A stretch of DNA of 64,000 nucleotides from the NCBI GenBank assembly GCA_034780895.1, contig JAUZTB010000057.1, positions 26,599,030 through 26,663,029 of the forward strand, given 5' to 3'. The position numbers were made by a program, and so were the translations under genes. The stretch is from Rhynchobatus australiae. Lineage: Eukaryota. The notes under the pieces were generated by a model. That model saw only the letters and a program-made list of their open reading frames with translations, did no database searches and had not been told where the DNA came from. This document shows positions 39,751-51,493 of this stretch, piece after piece. Every line of letters starts with the position of its first letter. The stretch's first letter is position 1.

Positions 39751-41489
39751 TAGATTGATAGCCCAATTTGGGCAATAATTCATTCCTGAATACAGCTGTC
39801 TGAAGGTTCATTGAGGAGAGCTGGAAACATATATCCAACCGGAGTGATACTGATGCATGTGAACTAAAACACAGAATAATAGATTCTCCTTTCAAATTAA
39901 ATTACAAATAAAAATTTTTTCCATCTGTCAGTTCATTCGGCAGAGGATTATGATCCAGGGAATTAGAGCCAGTGGTCTTTACTCATACCTTAGGCTGAGT
40001 TGCTGATTTCCATGCAAGATTCTGTGATTCAGAAGTTACGAACCTGGTTTCCCAGTGCAAGTTCCTACAGTAATACGTAAAGGTGCCTCCATGAATGGAG
40101 ATGGTGGTTTAATGAACTATTAATGTGAACTGATGTAATTTCATTGTCTTTGTGATGTCACAGTTACACCTCTGAGCTCATTGGGATGACAGTGCAACTT
40201 AATACGTCTCAGTGTTTCACACAAACAATAAAAGGAAAATAAGCATCAACATTTTTATATTTTACTGTCCTTTCTAAAAGGGAAACAAACATGGCATAAG
40301 TATCAGGAATATACTATTATATATTAATTTATTNNNNNCTTCTTCCATGTTAATTTCTAATCACATGATTTGATCTTTCACAGCTAATACAACACAAATG
40401 CTCATTTTCAGTCTTGTGAATACATACATCAAAAAAAAAGTACATGCTGAAACAAAAGCAAGCGTTTGTAAGTCAGCATTTAAAAACAAACCAGTTCATG
40501 TTTCAGGTCTGATCCTTTCACCATTTCTGATGCAGGGTTAATACTGGTAACACTGATTTGCCTTCCCTTTTCAGAGACTCTGAGAAACCTGTTGAGTTTT
40601 GCTGCATTTTGTGTGTGTGTCTGACCCCATGAATGACTTTGAATACTCTCTTGTTCTTGTCCATAATTGAAATTGAAAAATAAGGAACGTCACAAGTACT
40701 TAGTAGATTTGCTCAAGAAGGTCACTTGAATCTACTTTGCAATACACCTATAAAAGTGTACGTGAAATCCAAGGCCTTTCTGAAATGTTCACCTTCAAAC
40801 ATGGTGCTCACCATAAAGATGGTCCAAGACCTTTAATCTCCAATNNNNNNNNNNNNNNNNNNNNNNNNNNNNNNNNNNNNNNNNNNNNNNNNNNNNNNNN
40901 NNNNNNNNNNNNNNNNNNNNNNNNNNNNNNNNNNNNNNNNNNNNCTTTAATCTGCAATTGGAATCATAACAAAGTAAATTCCAGCAGAGGAGACACTTTT
41001 CACTGAAAGCAAATAGAGTTTCTCAAACTCACGACAGGATCCACCAACTTCTTGGGATTCAAACTGGAAACCCTGGCAACACAGCAGGTCAATAAACTTT
41101 TTTTAAAAAACATGGGCTGTGCTCAGATGGAGTCTAGACTAAAATCATCGGAATTCAGTGAATTCTTAGGCTCCTTTGAGAGGCTGAGTTGTCACAGGGC
41201 ATATCTCAATGCACTGATCTATTCTGCAGCATTCTCTCTCTTTGTTGTTGCAACTTATACAAGCTGAAATAACTTCATCAGCCAAGCCTCTAAGCTCTGT
41301 AATTTCCTGCTTAACCTCTGGTTCTCCAACCTGCTTTAAGATGTGACTGAAAAGTGACCTCTTCACAGAGATTTTGCTCATCTGCCCTCATTTCTTTTTA
41401 TAAGGCTCAGTATTTTCTTTCTTTGATAATAATACTGTCAAGTACCCCGGGGTGCTTCTGAAGTTTTTTGCGTTTTACATTCCATGGGC

Positions 41490-42370
41490 AGTGTAGCTCG
41501 AAACACCTGAAATGAAGCTGAGAAGCAGCACCTCTTTTTTTTCCCTATTATACACTTCACAGTCTTCCGCACTTGGCACTGAATTCAACAACAAACACTC
41601 TGCTGGAGGGTCTCAGCAGCATCTAATGNNNNNNNNNNNNNNNNNNNNNNNNNNNNNNNNNNNNNNNNNNNNNNNNNNNNNNNNNNNNNNNNNNNNNNNN
41701 NNNNNNNNNNNNNNNNNNNNNNNNNNNNGGGAGGGGTGGGGGAAGGCAGTGGAAAGAGGAATTGTCAATGTTTCAGGTTGAAACCCTGCATCAGACATCA
41801 TTCCTGATGCAGGATTTTGAACCAAAACATCAGCAATTCCTCTCCCCCAACAGATGCTGGAGGAACTCAGCAGGCCAGGCAGCATCTGTGGAGAAAAGCA
41901 GGCGGTCAACATTTCAGGTCAGGACCCTTCTTCAGTGTTTTTCATCTAGACTTGAGCATCTGCAGTCCTTTGTTTCTCCTCCAGCAGATTGTTTGTTGCT
42001 CCAGAATCCAGCAACTGCAGTCTCTTGTGTATTCACTGAATTCAACAAATTCAGCTCACAATCTATATCTCCATTGTTTTAGACTCTGTTAGTGATGACT
42101 TGGATGTCACTATTTATACCTATTCTAGATCAATTTTATGTTTCTTGTCCCTTCAACACTCCTTTTTACCATCCACTATCATTCGTTTTGATATCTAACT
42201 ACTTCTGCCTTCAAAGATCAGCCCTCTCATTCTTTCCTCCCCACTTTTCCCATCCTCTGTACTAGCTTAAAAGCTGTATGACATCTAATTTGAGAGACTA
42301 AGCTGTTTCAATGCCCACACATGCTATTAGATCTATCAAATATTCACAGAAATGTTTGTTTTTAATTGCA
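41490..42370 (+). mobile_element. Old Penelope-like element (GIY-YIG C-terminal end and 3' region) with a nested insertion
   Basis: gaagcagcacctctttttt...acacttcacagtcttccgcacttggcactgaattcaacaa|attcag is a decayed QHL.F.L.TLQP.GL..EFNNF segment similar to 49830-49903. It continues after the insertion into sequence resembling the reverse complement of 925-1110. Confidence 0.55.
41592..42033. mobile_element. Palindromic composite of Penelope-like termini flanked by a 15-bp direct repeat
   Basis: CACTGAATTCAACAA at 41577-41591 and 42034-42048. Inverted repeats at 41589-41609 / 41978-41998 (20 of 21 match), plus a central hairpin at 41756-41842. Confidence 0.7.
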
Positions 42371-42764
42371 CATTTTTTTTTGCTAAGAGTGGTGCCCTGA
42401 GTTACACTCAGTTGCTTGCTCCGACCAGCTCCTCCTCAAGGGGACAGAGGGGTATTGTTTGGGGGCATGTGGGGTGAGGGGAAAGGGGGATTCTGGACAG
42501 GAAATCTCCACTGGACTACAGGCAATCGCTATGTTACGGGGAAATTGTGTGTCCCTGCAAAACTGCTCATATTGTGAATTTCCATAACACAAAGCTGACT
42601 CATCAGTGCAGGCGTCAAGAATCACAAATTACTTATTTAGTTTTGTTTGTCACATCAATTCTGTGAAAGCAAATTTTACTCCTTATGCCAAATTTTAGGG
42701 TAGTGATTTATGAATTCCGTAAATATGAATTTGACCAGAATCCTTGTCAATTTGCTCTCATTGG

Positions 42765-43068
42765 CAGGCAGGGTAGTGTAGCAGTTAGCGTAACACTCTT
42801 ACAGCGCCAGTGACCCAGGTTCATTTCCGACGCTGCCTGTAAGGAGTTTGTACATTCTCCCTGTGTCTGCGTGGGTTCCCTCCGGGTGCTCCGGTTTCCT
42901 CCCACATTCCAAAGACGTAGGGGTTAGGAGTTCTGGGCGTGCTACGTTGGCGTCGGAAGAGTGGCAACACTTGCGGGCTGCCCCCGGCACATTGTCAGTG
43001 ACGCAAAAGTACGCATTTCACTGTGTGTTTCAATGTACGTGACGAATAAATAAATATCTTATCTTTTC
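42765..43068 (+). mobile_element. Full-length tRNA-derived V-SINE
   Basis: A-box-like gtagtgtagcagttag, B-box-like ggttcatttcc, V-domain gtttgtacattctccctgtgtctgcgtgggttccctccgggtgctccggtttcctcccacattccaaagac, and tail aataaatatcttatctt. Confidence 0.9.
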
Positions 43069-45551
43069 AATATCTTATCATTTCCACCAGTTATATATAA
43101 ACAATACTTTGTTATCTCTAATATCATCAGATTTCAACTTGACAAACAAGGTATATTTGTGAAGAAAAAAATGTGACATGCAACATTCAAACCATTTTCA
43201 TCCCCACTTGCTTTGTTCAGACAATCTTGTTTAGGCCACACTTGGTACACTGTGTATAGGTGTCGGCACCACATCATAATAAGGATGCAGAAGGTCTGGA
43301 GAAGGTACAACAAAATGGTATGAGGTACAAGGGATGATACTAGAAAAACACTTGATCACCAAGGTAAAGATGACCAATTGAAGCGTGGAGCTAAAAGTCA
43401 AGAGAATGAAATCAAAAGGAAAAACATCACTAAACTGCCAGACCACTGCACATCACATTCTGGTCTACCTGACAAATCAGGAGCTCTGCATATTCTGGCT
43501 AAAATGAAGGTCTCTCAATCCGCATATTCTGTTAGACAGCAAGTGAGAGTTTGCTGATAAGATAAAGCAAATTTTAATTATTTATTTTTCAACCATCAAA
43601 ACAATTGCTTGCAGTTACATGGATGGCATCTTTAACATAGGAAAGTGTCTCATGGAGTGCAATTGGACAAAAGCTCAGCAATGCTCAGAAAAGAATGATA
43701 CAGAGATAGAAATTTATTAACAGGAGACAATTTGGCTCATTGACTCCCATGTCAGCTGTACTAACTTGGACCAATACCTTAGTTAGAGATTGACTGTATA
43801 AGTTGTCTCGAAGGAGAGAGGATTGGAAAGGTAGAGATGTTACAGAGGGAATTCCAGATTTCGGAACTGAAGATATGGCCAATGTAGGATAAAAGTGGGA
43901 GACTTCTTGATGCAAGCTGTGGCTCTGAAAGAGTCTGTAAAAATAACTAGTAGGACACAGGATATGATTCAAGGATGTTCGCAATGGGTGCTGGAACATA
44001 TCCACTGACCCATGGGAATCACTGGCCCATAACCAATCAAAATGGAGCAGATTCAGAATGGCACTGNNNNNNNNNNNNNNNNNNNNNNNNNNNNNNNNNN
44101 NNNNNNNNNNNNNNNNNNNNNNNNNNNNNNNNNNNNNNNNNNNNNNNNNNNNNNNNNNNNNNNNNNNNNNNNNNNNNNNNNNNNNNNNNNNNNNNNNNNN
44201 NNNNNNNNNNNNNNNNNNNNNNNNNNNNNNNNNNNNNNNNNNNNNNNNNNNNNNNNNNNNNNNNNNNNNNNNNNNNNNNNNNNNNNNNNNNNNNNNNNNN
44301 NNNNNNNNNNNNNTGAGACTAAGGAAGGATTTGAGGCAAGAGGATATCTATCTCATGAACAGGCACAATAACTGTGTTGATGGGACTCACCTATGTGCCT
44401 TTTACTGAAGCTGAACCCTTTCTACTAGCTGGTTGAAAATTGACCTGGCTGGATGGCCTTTCCATTTCATCCTGCCATCTGTTGGTAGAGATATGCACTG
44501 CAGCATGTAGAAAGAGGCAATCAGGAGCTGGCAGACAACAGGTTCAGTCCTCCAGCTTACAAGCTTACTATTGCAGTCATATTGGGACAGGGTTACAGAA
44601 ATAAGCATGAGTCAAGCTCTTATGCATAGTGAGAGAATGAGCAAAGAAAGATAATGACCTAAATCAATCTTTGAAATCCACTGCAGCTGATTTAGAGCAA
44701 GTAAAAGCATTCTGTGATGCATTTTATCAGGTCAATTTGTGAATATGACAGAACGTTGGGAACTACAGAGTACCTTTACGCCTGTTCCTGTTGATGGGCC
44801 AATATCGCAAACTCTGGACCACAGGTATCTTGATGTTTTAAATAGCTCCCAAACTGCCAAGCCCAAAAGCCTCAAACTGGTTATGAGCATACCAATTGCG
44901 AGCAAGAGTAGGTCACCCACTGCACAGCCCACTCCCCATTCAATAAGATCATCGCTGGTTTGATTGTAGCCTCAACTCTGTATTCTTCCCTATCTTGTCT
45001 GCTTTTACCTCTTTGCTTACCAAACTCTGCCTTAAAAATATTCCTAGGTTCTGCTTGCACCACCCTTTGCGGAACAGAGCTCTGAAGACCGACAACACTC
45101 AGAAATAATTTGAGCTCATCTCAGTAACACAACTCCCACCTTTCCTCACAAGCTAACCCACTCNNNNNNNNNNNNNNNNNNNNNNNNGTCAGAACTGCTT
45201 CTAGTGCATTTTCAAACTTCCTCATACAACTCCAGATGTGGTCACACCAATGCTCTATATAACTGAAACATAAACTCCCTACTTTGTTTTAAATTTCCTG
45301 AGCAGCAGTACATTAGTAAATTGTAAAACTAAATACAATCAAGACCAAACTCCAGACCATGAGGCCTGTAGTTTGGATCTCTCTGCTCTGGGCCACGATC
45401 AGCTTTTGGACAACAGTGAGAGATAATCAAAAGGTAAATGACGAGGGAGTTGACCTTAGAATAATAATGGTCCCTGGCAGTTTTCTACCCCTTACCAGAA
45501 TCTCTACCTCCAGCCTCCAACCTAAGGGGTGTGGTGGCACAATGGTTAAGT

Positions 45552-46052
45552 AACACAGAGTCATAGAGTAATGCAGCATGGAAGCAGGCCCTTCGACCCA
45601 TCTCGTCCATGTTGACCGTGGTGCCCACCAAGCTTCTTCCATTTGTCTATGTTTGGCCCATATCCCTCGAGAGCCCTCCTATCCATGTACTTATNNNNNN
45701 NNNNNNNNNNNNNNNNNNNNNNNNNNNNNNNNNNNNNNNNNNNNNNNNNNNNNNNNNNNNNNNNNNNNNNNNNNNNNNNNNNNNNNNNNNNNNNNNNNNN
45801 NNNNNNNNNNNNNNNNNNNNNNNNNNNNNNNNNNNNNNNNNNNNNNNNNNNNNNNNNNNNNNNNNNNNNNNNNNNNNNNNNNNNNNNNNNNNNNNNNNNN
45901 NNNNNNNTTTATACACCGCTATAAGGTCACCCCTCAGTATCCTGTCTTCCAAGGAATAAAGTCCTAGCCTGTCCAACCTCTCCCCATATCTCAGGCCCTC
46001 GAGTACTGGTAGCATTCTCGTAGATCTTCTCTGCACTCTTTCCAGTTTAATG
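45552..46052 (-). mobile_element. CR1 LINE 3' end
   Basis: Translates [42 protein letters not shown], followed by the CR1 tail. Confidence 0.85.
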
Positions 46053-48090
46053 ATCCTACCTAATGATCCAGACTTAGGAGTTAGATTCTCCAGCTTTCTT
46101 TATGGGATTTGAGATTGAATTAGTGAAATAATCAGGAATCTAATACTGGAAACAGTTAAAGTGAAATTCAGCCGGCCTTAAAAACTAATGGCTTTCAGGA
46201 AGGAAACTTTCATCCTTAACCAATCTGGAATATATGTGACTCCATGCCCAAAGCAATGTGGTCAATTCTCAGCTGACATGACTCCAGTTGCAAAGATGCA
46301 GCACCCCACCATACTCTCATGGGAAAACTCTATTCTTTTTTTTTAATTCATGAGCTGGGAAGGCAACATTTATTGCCCAACCTACAGTGCGTCAAGAACC
46401 TGCTGGTTTCTTGAACCACCCAATTCAGTGTGATAATTCACTCTGAATCAAAATATCCTCAAACAACGGTAAAATGTACACACAACCTCCAGCAACCTGG
46501 GTTCCGGTGAGAACTGTTTAAAACAGCAAAAGTACATGGAATGGAGGTTTACACAACATTATCTACAAAGCTAGACCCTATTCATTTGACTACAAATTTA
46601 CATTACTGCTTATTCTCTTTAATCTACTAATTCTGATGCATCCTGTCATCTCTTTAAAAAAAACTGAGCCTAAGCTAATGATCTCAAATTTGCATCAGCT
46701 AGATGTATTCTCTCTTGGTTCAAATGCAGGGAGGGACAGGGGGAGGGAGGCAGGGACAGAGTAAAAAAAATACTGCATCTGATAATGTTGGAGCTAAGCT
46801 TTAGACTGTACCAATGGGGAGATCCAACTACAAAAACTAAATCAATACTTCATTTGCATTAAGTGAGTACATTAACATATTCAACAAGAAAGATGATATA
46901 CACAATATAAAATGATCTTTTAGCTCCTACATATGTTGAGAATGAAGTCCCATTCTACATGAACTTTGCAAGCTTACATGAATGATAAAAGCTTTCCACA
47001 CTGCAGACAGAATATGATACATCACATGGACAGTCCAAACTGAGGTAGAGAACTATAATCAAATTTTGATTGTTGCACTGGAGTTACAATTATTAGTGGC
47101 CAAATTGTTTCCTAATTCATAACCTGACAGAGACAGAATTGATTTTGAACAATGACTGACAGTATTGTAGAGAGGGTCTGCGATTCACTGGGTTCCCCCA
47201 CTGAACCAAAACCATCCAAAGCATCCTAACAACACTCATTGACTCAACAATGACAAATATGACAATACCAATGTGCAAGGCTGAATTTCCCACTCAATTA
47301 TCTTAACGAAAAAGACAAAGTCTCCCACCCATTTCAGACCAGCCTCCTTCACATTAGCAAATGGATGAGAACACCTGCCTTGCACCAGCAACAACTCTGA
47401 CTAAAAACTCAGGACAACTGCAAGACCTACTTGATTTATTTTAGTCAAAGTCCTCAAAATTTGACACAAAACAGAGCGTGACATTTTTTGGGACCAAATG
47501 GGAGTTATCGCAACCTCCATGCACTTTGGTGGGAAACAAGTTAAAAAAATTACTTTTTGAACTCTTTAATAGCGCCTGTTAAGTCTACTTTAAACATATT
47601 CTGTGCTGGAAAAGAATCCTTCTCCTTTAACTCATTTACTCTCCTCTCCAAATGACATGAATCTCTTTCTTGCTCTCAAACTGTGTAGTTCTACTTACAT
47701 TTGATGATATTGGGTACCTCATTCAGCTGTCAACAGTCAAGTAATAATGTTGGCAGACTTCTCCACAAGACACACATTACTGCCAATCCCAATCCTGTCC
47801 CAAACAACATCCACAAGATACATTTCGACAATGGTTCCACTGGGCATTACAGTTGGCTACACTAATCTGTCATTGGTGCATGTAGTTGCACATCAGTAAT
47901 GAACTACCCAGGACTCAGTTGTAACACCTTCCATCATGGGTTAGCCCACAGCAAATAAACAAAACTCATCCAGGATCATCACCTCAGTTGAATAGAAGAT
48001 AGGACATAATACCCATGAAGCCAGGTCCTGGCTCGGAAGGAATTTACACCATAAATAGACTTATCATTGTCAACACTACCAGGATTATTG

Positions 48091-48232
48091 ACCGTCTGCC
48101 CCGTCAACAGCCGCACCGACCGCCTGCCCCGTCAACAGCCGCACCAACATCATGTATATCTACAGCTGCACCAACAGTCTGCCTGTCAACAGTGACACCC
48201 ACTGCCTGTCTCTCAACAGCAGCACCAACAAC
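48091..48232. repeat. 27/28-bp minisatellite, 5 copies
   Basis: accgtctgccccgtcaacagccgcaccg, accgcctgccccgtcaacagccgcacca, acatcatgtatatctacagctgcacca, acagtctgcctgtcaacagtgacaccc, actgcctgtctctcaacagcagcacca. Confidence 0.85.
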
Positions 48233-48291
48233 ACAGTCCATTTCCATCACAGACACCAGTATCACGCCAAACTGTGAAATCTGTTTCTTAC

Positions 48292-48456
48292 TGCTTTGTG
48301 GACTTGACATTTCCCTTGCTGTACTTCACGTCTGGAGTAGGTTTTCTTCTCATCTTGTTTCTTGGCCTTTAAAGGCAACTGAATCATATCCCCAATTTTC
48401 CACCTCATGCTCTTTTGGAAATCCACACTTTGCTCCTTTTCCACAGGTTGGGAATC
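48292..48456 (-). CDS. KIAA1671: Probable KIAA1671 coding exon 4 (165 bp, phase 0 to 0)
   Basis: ttctttatatgtgatag|GAT TCC CAA ... CAC AAA GCA|gtaaga. Stop-free, charged peptide DSQPVEKEQSVDFQKSMRWKIGDMIQLPLKAKKQDEKKTYSRREVQQGKCQVHKA in non-repetitive sequence, in phase with exon 3. Protein similarity to human is weak. Confidence 0.62.
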
Positions 48457-49732
48457 CTATCACATATAAAGAAGGCTATGGTAAGCGACAAAAGAAAAAT
48501 CACATTTAAACTTTCCATTTTAAAGCAAATCCTGATGAGCAAACAGGATGTACGGCTCAACTGTTAAATGGAAAAAGTCAGGCAAATGCAGATGTCACTT
48601 ATACATCAATACTTTGTCCTCACTAACTGCTCCTCACTGCTTACAGTGTCAGATCCTCTGGTAAAGCAGTGATATTCGAAACTGCACAATCATGTGGTGA
48701 TTAATTAAACCAGCAGTCCATCCAAACCTTCATCTCTTTGCTATGGGAAGATGTACAATTTAAGATGGAATGCCATTTCTGAATAAAACATCATCCGGTA
48801 TCCTCTGCTGATGTAGGAGATGCCTGATTTGGCAGTGGTTGTAAGCAAACCATCCCTCTTAAGCTGAGCAACAGCAGCCAGACTCTTCTGCTTACAATAC
48901 ATTCACAAAAACACCCAACTGGACTTTATGATGACACTGTGGTAAATAGATTCTTGAATGACTTGGCACTGATGCATGCTATTGCACAAGGGGTGTCAAA
49001 ACCAATACGCAAATCATTCNNNNNNNNNNNNNNNNNNNNNNNNNNNNNNNNNNNNNNNNNNNNNNNNNNNNNNNNNNNNNNNNNNNNNNNNNNNNNNNNN
49101 NNNNNNNNNNNNNNNNNNNCTCTTCTTCCTCTGTCCTTTGAGAAGTTTCAAAGACTTGTGGCCATCAGAGAAGAAATTTCACCTCATTTGCCTTAAATCA
49201 GCACCCCATATTTTTAGAAAGTCACCCCTGCTTCCAGATCCTCCCAGAAGAGAAAATATCCTCTAGTCAACACCCTCATGACCTTGTTTTGATCATTTAC
49301 CTTCACCTTTCTAAACTCCAGGAGATGCAATCCTTTCCTGTCCAATCTTTTTTCATCAAGGCTACCCATCCATCCATTTTGGGCATCATGTCAGTAAACC
49401 TTCTCTGAAATGCTTCAAAGAAAGAGAACATGGGTAGGAGTAGCCAATTCTCAAAACCCAGCTAAACCCTTTCATGCTCCTGGTAGGTGTGTTTCCCTGG
49501 AACGAATCTATGTAATTCCTTCCCAGAGGGTTGTGGAAACTCGAACACTGGAAGTACTTAAAAGAAAAGGTGGAAAAAAATTGAAAGTGGGGAATTGAGG
49601 GCTATGTGGAAAAGAAGACTGAGGCCTGGGGCACATCAGGCATGATTGTATTGAAGGGTAAGGCAGGCTTGAGAGGCGAGGTGGCCTTACCCTGGTGACA
49701 GGTGTGCCTAGAATCTCGCTCTGTTCACCATG

Positions 49733-49903
49733 CCTGCCAACCATTTTAATCCCCCTCCCAATTCCCATACTGAATTGTCTATCCACTGCCTCCTCCACTG
49801 CCAGGGTGAGGCTAAACTCAAACAAAAGGAAGAGTACCTCATATTCCACCTGGGTAGTCTACAACCCAACGGCATCAATAATGAATACCCCAATTTCAGA
49901 TAA
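49733..49903 (+). mobile_element. Penelope-like element ORF C-terminus (GIY-YIG endonuclease end)
   Basis: Translates PANHFNPPPNSHTELSIHCLLHCQGEAKLKQKEEYLIFHLGSLQPNGINNEYPNFR*, with the typical ..HF...H ... E...I..L....P.G.N terminus of Penelope-like elements. Confidence 0.75.
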
Positions 49904-49904
49904 G

Positions 49905-50860
49905 TTGCTCCCTCTCTTGTTGTTTGTAATTTATATAAACAATTTGGATGTGAATGTACAAGACATGATTGGTAAGTTTGCGGATGATACTAAAAAAAAA
50001 AGTGGTATTATAGACAGTGTAGGAGGTTATGAAACAATACAGAGGTAGCTTGATCAGCTAGGTATGTGGGCTGAGGACTGGCAAATGGATTTCAATCCAG
50101 ATAAATGTGATGTATTGTATTTTGGGTGATCAAAACAGGGTAGGACTTGTTCAGTAAATGGTAGGGCCTTGGGAAGTATTATGGAACAGAAGGACCTAGG
50201 AGTGCAAGTGCATAGTTCACTAAAAGCGGCATCACAGGTCGATAGGGTGGTGAAGAAGGCCTTTGGCACACTGGCCTTAACCAGCCGGGGCACTGAGTAC
50301 AGGAGTTGGGAAGTTATGTTNNNNNNNNNNNNNNNNNNNNNNNNNNNATTGTGTACAGTTTTGGTCACCCTGTTATAGGAAAGATGTTATTAAACTAGAA
50401 AGAGTTCAGAAAAGATTTACCAGGATGTTGCCTGGACTTGGGGGCCTGAGTTACAAGGAGAGGTTGTGTAAACTAGGACTTTATTCCCAAGCACGTAGGA
50501 GATTGAGGGGTGACCTGATAGAGGTAAGTATGGTCATGAGGAGCATAGATAGGGTGAAAGCACATAGTCTTTTTCCCAGGGAGGGGGTGCTAAGAACAAG
50601 AGGGCATAGGTTTAGGATCAGGGGCAGCTTCTTCATGCAAAGGATGGTGCGTATTTGGAATGAGCTGCCAGAATTATTGGTTGAGGCGGACACATTAGCA
50701 ACATTTAAAAGCCATCTCGATAAGTTCATGGATAGGAGAGGTTTAGAGGGCTACTGGCAAATGCAGGCAGATGGGACAACACAGCTCACTGGGCAACACA
50801 GTCAGCACGAATGAGTTGGGCCGAAGGACCTGTTTCCATGCTGTGTGATTCTTTGACTCT
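49905..50860 (+). mobile_element. CR1 LINE, RT C-terminal half and 3' UTR
   Basis: Translates PLLFVIYINNLD...KFADDTK...WQMDFNPDKC...DLGVQVHSSLK...RMLPGLGGLSYKERL...RRLRGDLIEV...RTRGH. Confidence 0.9.
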
Positions 50861-50995
50861 AAAGAGAGAAGAGGAAGGTAATAAAGGAGAAAAGGAGAAG
50901 GAAGGGAAATAGATAGTGGGGGAGAGGTGAAGTGAGGGAGATACAGAAGAATGAGAAGAAAGTGGGAGAGGGAGGGGAGGGGACGAGAAAAAAGA
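50860..50995 (+). repeat. Polypurine low-complexity tract
   Basis: Almost exclusively G/A for about 135 bp. Confidence 0.75.
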
Positions 50996-51493
50996 CCACC
51001 ACTGTCCACATTCACCTTTCTCTGATTCAGTCTCATGTGCAGAAACTATGCAAGACACACTACGCCGCAATGAAAACCTTGCCTCTTCACCCCAGTCTTT
51101 CCTGTGGCTTGGCATTTGCTCCCTCTGATTTTTTTCTCAATATGCATGTGGAAGCAGTTCATGCCAGAATTGTAGCACATACTGATTTTGAAACCTCCAG
51201 GATGATAATTTAACCAGACTATTGCGGGGAAGCTAGTTCGCAATGTAAAGACATTGAAAAGTTATAGGTTTTGCAAAATTTTAATTTATTTATACTACAT
51301 ACAGTGATTATGGTAGATTGCTAAATTTTATACCAGTTGCAGAATCAGCCAAGGTCAATCAAAAATAATATTACTACCACTAACAATATTTTAACATCCT
51401 GGTCCCTTCAATTGATGATGTTAAAATAATGGATTTAGCTGCCTACTTTGCCTAAATAATTAATATTCCAAATACATTAGCCAATGCACTTAC

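Noticed and set aside
42765-42840. tRNA gene
   Set aside because: The A/B-box head continues into a V-domain and tail, with no complete cloverleaf. It is a SINE.
47693-47730. 28-bp micro-exon candidate (gacag|CTG...AAAT|gtaagt)
   Set aside because: It would shift the frame after a phase-0 exon, and nothing else supports it.
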